DNA of 56,178 nucleotides, counting the filler, from Basidioascus undulatus (Eukaryota): assembly GCA_000826855.1 (NCBI GenBank). It is 4 parts of 4 records of this genome, joined end to end, with 100 filler letters (N's around TTAATTAATTAA, not from the genome) between each part and the next. Parts side by side here need not be neighbours in the genome. Positions count along the whole stretch, not along the records: positions 47,313 to 56,178 come from JTLS01001326.1; 3 more parts are not named here. One strand, 5' to 3'. The position numbers and the translations under genes were made by a program. Every line of letters starts with the position of its first letter. Positions within the stretch are counted from its first letter, which is position 1. Below, in pieces: positions 50,159 through 56,178 of the stretch. Below the pieces are notes generated by a model that worked only from the letters and a program-made list of their open reading frames with translations, was not told the DNA's origin and did no database searches.

Positions 50159-52488
50159 GGGTGGGATGTCGCGAGAAGGATGTGGAGGGAGAGGGAGGAG
50201 ATACCCCGGGGGTTGTTGTAGTGCTTGGGGAGAAGGATTGATATCGCGGAATGAGAAACGCTGGGGCAGGCCAGTCAGACAAGCTCCCCGGAGGTTCCGA
50301 AGTCTCTATGGACCAGAGCATCGCACCCCAAGATGTCGTTCGTCGACTCACTTTTCTCAAATTCGCGATGCCTTGTACCTCGCACTCCAGAGCTCTGGGA
50401 CGTACCGGCACTTGGATTGCCCGATCGTGTTGGTATTGATTCGGGGAGAGACCCTAGGGAGGTGGATTGTGAAGCGGCTGTACAACATGCCGGATGAAGA
50501 CGTAGACGGTGACAGCTTCGGTGCCATGACATGGACAAGCGGCTTGAGATCAGCCCCGCTTATCAAGCCGAGGGTATGACCTGCGGAGGCATGAGCGCAT
50601 TCAGGCGACGCATTCTTCCTCACATGCTCATCCCGAAAGCGAAAGTGCACTGCTTTCCCGACTTCGGGTATTATCACCAGGGGATGCCGAGGCAAGGTGT
50701 GGGTGTAAAGACGAATAATATTTGCGGGGTCCGGAGGGCTTGCTTCTACCTGGAAAGCGTTCCGAGTCGCTCTATGCTCGTTGCATGACGACTTCTGTGA
50801 ACGTCGCTCTATTCAGCCCGGCCAGTTAGCATTGGGAGGGCTTCCACTGAGGATGATACCACATATCCTTACTCTATTGCGTTGGATAAGCTGCGATTGA
50901 TCTTTCATGAGCGTGGCGCCCCCACGAGAACTTGCAGTGGCCTGCATTCGGCGGCTGGCAGTCTCTCGCCAGCGCGGCGCAAGCACTACTCAAGATGTGT
51001 CACTCACGTTCTCTACCCATAAGCTGCTATAAAAAAGAGCTTGCATGGCGGGTACTACCGTGGCTTCCGCGCGGACCGCATTTAACGAGGCTCGCAGGCT
51101 GAAAGACAGTCTACGCACTGCCGCCACTTCGAGGCTGTTGATTTTGGTCAATTGCTCATCTCAACGCCTTGTTCTATCTCGTACCCACCATCCCCCTTCC
51201 AGAGAAGCATGAGCTCAAAGAGCCCTTTCTGCTTCGCACTCGCGAAGAGCGATAAGGCAGACAGTCGCCCAGCTGCACCACGGCGGGGCAGCTCCGCGGA
51301 CTCAGGCATGCAGTCGAGCAGGACTCCACGCTCGACCTGCTCTTCCCGTCATCGTACCCGAGTAATGGGGAGATGTGAGCAGTTCTCCCCGGACTTTTTT
51401 TTAACAAGAGTCGCTAAATCGTTTTCCATCGCGTCTTCAGGCTCACCTACTCTCCGGAGCTTGCCAAGCTGTATCGACACCAGTTCAACGTTTCCTATGC
51501 GGACGCGCACGACAGCGAGAAACTTGCGCTCTTCGCTAGAGCGGTAGTTATCGGTGCACCCATTGCTCAACTGGCTCAACGGCACATATCCTGGATCTTT
51601 TATGGTTGATCGTCACGTAGGTCCTTCACCACAGCCTCTTCCCTACTATCGCCGCGGGAAGAACCTGTCCTACGTGCGGTCATCCTCAACCTCGACAAGT
51701 TCGTCGATGTCGTGCTCCGCGCTACTAGGCATCCCAACCGAGAGACGCAGACACAAGGTGATTTTGTCACTCAACATTTACCGTCGGTGAAAATATTGAT
51801 CATTGGAATCATCGGACAGGGCTCGATGCGCTGTACGCCCTCGTGTCGCATCTTCGCGACTGGCGCATCAAGAGACCGGAAGTTGGTCCCGTCTTTGTGG
51901 GCTGAGGGACCCAAACTTTGCGGGAAGGATGAAGGCGCTGCGGGCCATAATCCTATGTGTCATAGGTAGCTTGGAGAAGGATCAGCGCACGCCGAGGGCT
52001 GACAGAAACCGTGGAACAGGCTGTGCTACGGAAAGGGAGTGTGTATCAATAATGAAATGTAGCATGGAAACAAAGACATTCACCACAGCCAAGTGCTTTA
52101 CAGGACAATGACAATGACATCTCGACGTCAGACATCCGCAGCCTTCGAGTGGCTTTCGATTCCACGACTAGGAAATTGCTGAAGGTGAGTGTCGTGTCTT
52201 TCCCGCCCGAGCCCGAAGATATGACATAGGTAGGATTTGTTATCGTCAGATGAAAGGCCTTCAGGACCGTTCTGAATCTTCTAACATCATGAAGAGCGAC
52301 GAGATCTGCCAGCGTGCTGCAACGGAATTCACCGCGAACCCGGACCTCTGCAAAGTGAGTGTCCCTCCCTGTCCATTTCTTGTCCTTTCACAGCTGTTCG
52401 GTTGCTCTTATGGTATCCTACCAGTCCTTTCATCGCTGACAGCTTATGCGCAACGCTCTAGTCGGCCACGCGATGTACCAATCTTTGA

Positions 52489-53357
52489 CTCGCTGAGGAG
52501 GCTCGTCTCGCCGAGCTCGCCCGCATCGAGGAGGAGCAGCGCCTCGCCCAGGAAGCCGAGCTCAGGCGCGTCGAGCAGGAGCGCCTCGAGCAGGAGGGTC
52601 TCGAGCAAGAGCGCATCGAGCAAGAGCGACTTGCTGAGGAGGCTCGACTCGCCGAGGAGGCCCTCCTGGCCGAGCTCGCGCGCGTCGAGGAGAAGCGTCT
52701 CGCCGAGGAGAAGCGACTTGCCCAAGCCGCCCGCGTCGCCGAGAAGAAGCGTCTGGCCGAGCTCAAGCGCATCGAGGACGAGAAGCGTGCCGCCGAAGCG
52801 AAACGTCTGGCGGAGGAGAAGCGTCTCGCCGCAGAGAAACGCGCCGCCGAGGCCGCCCGGGCTGCCGAAGCCAAGCGACTTGCCGAGCAGAAGCGTCTCA
52901 CAGACGAGAAGAAGCGTCGCGCGGAGCAGCGCGTTGCCGAGGAGGCGGAGCGCAAGCGTATTGCCGAGGAGAAGGAGCGCAAGCGTGTCGCCGAGGAGAA
53001 GGAGCGCAAGCGTGTCGCCGAGGAGAAGGAGCGCAAGGAGGCGGAGCGCAAGCGCGCTGCGGAGGAGAAGCGACGGGCGGCGGTCGAGAAGGAGCGCAAG
53101 GCTCGCGTCGAGCGGGAGCGCCTGGCCGAGGAGGAGAAGCGGGCTGCTGCTGCTGTCGCCGCCGAGCAGCAACGTCTCGCGGAGGAGGAGGCCGCCGAGA
53201 AGCAACGCCTCGCGGAGGAGCAGGCTGCCGCCGTCGCTGCTGCAGCCGCGGAGGAACGCAGGCTCACGGAGGCCGAACTGCAGCGCGTCGAGAAGGAGCG
53301 CGCGGACGCTGAGCAGGAGCGGGCTGCGAAGGCGAAGGAGAAGCGGGAGAGGGAGGT
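52489..53357 (+). repeat. Coding low-complexity repeat (RLAEE / ERKRVAEEK units), including near-perfect 27-nt tandem copies at ~52948-53037
   Basis: GAGCGCAAGCGTGTCGCCGAGGAGAAG repeated; the long shadow ORFs in other frames derive from it. Confidence 0.9.
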
Positions 53358-55785
53358 GAAATCTGCGCGGCAGTCGGACGGTGCGTGTCGCTCTTCACCC
53401 CCTCGAGTACATACAACAAACGCTGGCAGGACGTTTGAACGCTGGTGCAGCCCCCATCCCCATGCACGCCGACGACGTGTTCTCCGCTGCGCCCGTTCCG
53501 AAAGGCAAGAAGCCCGCCAGGACGTCCGAGCGTGGTGTGTTCTTTCCTCTTCGTTTTCTCACGACATGTTGCTCATCCTCCTCGTACGTAAATAGCCCCC
53601 ATTACGTCCAAGCCTCGCTCCCGTGCACCGTCCGTCTCGCGCTCGCCTGCGTCGAAGCCTACTGCTGTCCGGCGCACCGTCAGCGCCCCCGTCGCTGCGA
53701 AGGTCAAGGAGCGCGAAGGCGCTCGGGTTGCGAAGCCGGCAGAGAAGGAGCTGAGTGAGAAGGAGGTCGAGGGTATGCTTGAGAATCCGGTCTGCAGTAT
53801 CGAGACTGTTCACTGATTATCCTGTTGTTCTACAGAAGCCCAAGTCGCCGCGGAGGTTTCGTTCGCTGAGCCGGATGTCGAGCGTCCCATGGACGCCACC
53901 GCTGGTTTGTCGAGCAACGATCTCGATCAAGCCTCTATTCCTGCACGCCCCGAGGACGCCAACGCCGTCCCGGAATTTGTCGAGGCCGAGCCTGTCCCGC
54001 AACCCGTTGAGGCGGTGCCCGTGCTTGTTGACGAGCCGGAGGAGGCGACGGGCGACGCTGAGGGCAGCAGGAAGCGGCCGAGGGATGATGGTGCGTCGAG
54101 ACGCTCCTTATGGTCTTCTCGAACTGGATGCTGACTTGGAATCCTGCAGACACGGCGCCGAGCAAGGACGAGCGGAGGGGCAAGGGCAAGAAGCGTGCTG
54201 AAGGTGCGTTCTGACTACGGACATCCACAGATTCTCGTGCTGAACATCGTGTCTTCTTTAGATCCCATCGGTGCTTCCCAGAAGCAGGCCGTTCCCGAAG
54301 AACGCCCGATCGGTGCGTCGACTACTATAAGCTTTACGTTCTGCTCTATCTGACGCACAACTCTTGCAGCCAGACTGCCCTCCAACCGCGACACGTCTGT
54401 TCCCACATCCCGCTCAACCTCCTCCATCTCCACTTTTGCCGTCCCTCCAGCCGACGACTACTTCGAGCGCAAGAAGCGCGACTCGCTGCGCCGCACCTCA
54501 GCCAGTCTCCCTCCCGCCGTACTCGCTCCGACGACCGCCATCGCTGCCTCTCCCCCCGACGACTACTTCCACCGCCGCAAGCGCGACTCCCTCGGCCGGG
54601 GCAGCAGCCACATCGCCACGGCCGCGGTCCTGCCCGCTGCTGCGCCAAAGAGTAAGGACGACGTCTTTGCGCGTCGTCAGCGCGACGCCAGCGCCCGCCC
54701 GGGGATGGTCCTCGACAAGAAGGGCAAGACCAAGGCGGGCGTGACGGTACCGAGGGCGTTCGCCCTTGCCTCGCAAACCCGTGTGCGGAAGGTCAGCCCG
54801 GCAAAGGTGTGTTCTCTCCTTACAGCGTTTCGGCTCTGCTGTGGTGCTGACGTTGCCTCACTCAAAGGGCCCAACGTACTTTTCACCCGCCCGCCGTCGC
54901 CCCGTCATCCTTTCTCCCCGCGACAAGCTCATTGTCCCCAAGACCGCTGCCGGGCCTTCCAAGCTCTCCGGCGCTTCCGTGCCGGCGGTCTCATCCGACG
55001 CCCGCGCACGCTCATTCCTCAACCAGCTCCGGCAGACGAAGCGCCCCGCCCCAGCATCCGACGAGAACGCTTCGTCGTCCGACCGCCCCTCGCCGTCGAA
55101 GCGGCGGCGTCCGCTCGCGCAGCTTCCGGGCGACAAGCACCGCGCGCAGACGCTGCATAAGCTCGAGCAGGAGCGTAAGGCCCAGCTCAAGCGCGCTCGG
55201 CAGCAGGCGCAGTACAAGGCCAACCCGGTGCCCTCCCACTCGCCTCCGCGCGCGCCGGCCTTCCCACGCGCGCACCCAACCGAGCCACAACCGTTCAACC
55301 TCCGTGTCGACGCGCGGCACGAGGTGCACCAGCAGACGTTCGCGGCGCGGATGCAGGAGTGGCGCGCGCGCGAGGCCGCCGAGCGCGAGTTCCACGCGAC
55401 CGAGATGCCCAGCTTCAGCTTGCCCGCGCCCCTACCGAAGCCGAAGAAGCTCACTATTCCTGAGGCGCCCGAGTTCGAGACGGACAAGCGGCTCAAGGAG
55501 CGCGCAGTGTTTGACGAGCATATGAAGGAGAAGGAGCGCAAGGCCGAGGAGGAGAAGGCGCGGCTGAGGCGTGAGGAGGAGGTACGTCGTTGAGTTCCGA
55601 GGATCCTCAGCTGTTCTCGATGGGTCTTTGTGACGCTGTCCGGTTGGATTTCGCAGGAACGCGAGGCGCAGGAGGTCGCAGAGTACCGCAAGAACCTCGA
55701 CGCTCTCGCGCACGAGCGCGTACACCCCATTCCCGCGTCCTTCATCAACCCCGCCAAGGCGTCGTCTTCGTCCTCGTCTGGTTAG
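52489..55785 (+). CDS. TPX2-domain microtubule-associated protein with a long E/K/R/A charged helical repeat; 5' end unresolved
   Basis: About 290-aa LAEEARLAEL...ERKRVAEEK exon; several in-frame small exons; then GVTVPRAFALAS, PTEPQPFNLRVDAR, REFHATEMP, LTIPEAPEFETDKRLKERAVFDEHMKEKE...EVAEYRKNL...HPIP (TPX2 C-terminal pattern). TAG 55783-55785. Confidence 0.75.
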
Positions 55786-56098
55786 GACAATACATGCTTT
55801 GATAGTCGTCTCTTGCATGATACCTTGTACCACCGCTGTTGTTGCTTTGTCTGCCGTACTACTTATGACGCATTTCGATACGTCCAAATGTGTGCGGAGA
55901 AGCCAAAATGCAGAAACATGACAGCGGTCGGCAATGCAGGATGGACGGAAGAGAAAGAAGGCTTCGGCGGTTCACTGCCCCTCCCCATCTGAGGGCCATC
56001 CTATGGCCTTCGCAAGAACAAAATGTTATTTACAGCCTGAATGGTCGCTGCTAACTGGCGAGGATGTTGGACAGAGGTGACTACCAGGCACAAAAATG

Positions 56099-56178
56099 TG
56101 ACGAGAGTGGGATTCGAACCCACGCCCTTTCGGACCAGATCCTTAGTCTGGCGCCTTAGACCGCTCGGCCATCTCGCC
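56099..56178 (-). tRNA. tRNA-Leu (anticodon AAG), intronless
   Basis: GGCGAGA-TG-GCCGAGCGGTCTAAGGC-G-CCAGA-CTAAGGA-TCTGG-TCCGAAAGGGC-GTGGG-TTCGAAT-CCCAC-TCTCGTC-A: full cloverleaf with long variable arm; downstream T5 terminator. Confidence 0.97.

Noticed and set aside
50250..52050. Protein-like fragments on both strands between TDA10 and the TPX2-like gene
   Set aside because: Probably relics, but no family motif or transposase/RT signature could be recognised.
52250..53359. 369-aa S/R-rich ORF and long antisense ORFs in the ORF track
   Set aside because: Shadow frames of the E/K/R/A repeat; only the E/K/R frame splices in phase with the downstream exons.

Overview
Intron-rich, GC-rich fungal genomic DNA, most likely a basidiomycete and probably Pucciniomycotina (inferred from ~50-100 nt introns with GTGCGT/GTACGT/GTGAGT donors, CTGAC/CTAAC branch sites and gene content). 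The window is four segments joined by three identical artificial 100-nt spacers (44 N + TTAATTAATTAA + 44 N), so adjacency across them is not evidence of linkage. Recognisable genes: MCD4/PIGN (3' part), DAHP synthase (ARO4-type), a Git3-like GPCR, an F-box protein, eIF2-gamma head-to-head with TRM7, a secreted histidine acid phosphatase/phytase, an STE23/insulysin M16 peptidase, IWS1/SPN1 (3' part), NUC1/EndoG, PDH E2 LAT1 (3' part), a TDA10-like kinase, a TPX2-domain protein and tRNA-Leu(AAG). Between them lie many decayed genes: an APH-like kinase, a TPR-F-box, several F-box/LRR genes and a MYND finger. Most unusual observations: (1) DAHP synthase runs in frame into the C-terminal winged-helix domain of cohesin Rad21; (2) a tRNA-like element lacking its whole anticodon arm, followed by a structured tail and a T8 run (candidate Pol III ncRNA); (3) a TPX2-domain gene whose long charged-helix exon has no valid 5' end; (4) a possible defensin-like relic. 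All identifications are by eye from motifs and manual splicing; no database searches were run.
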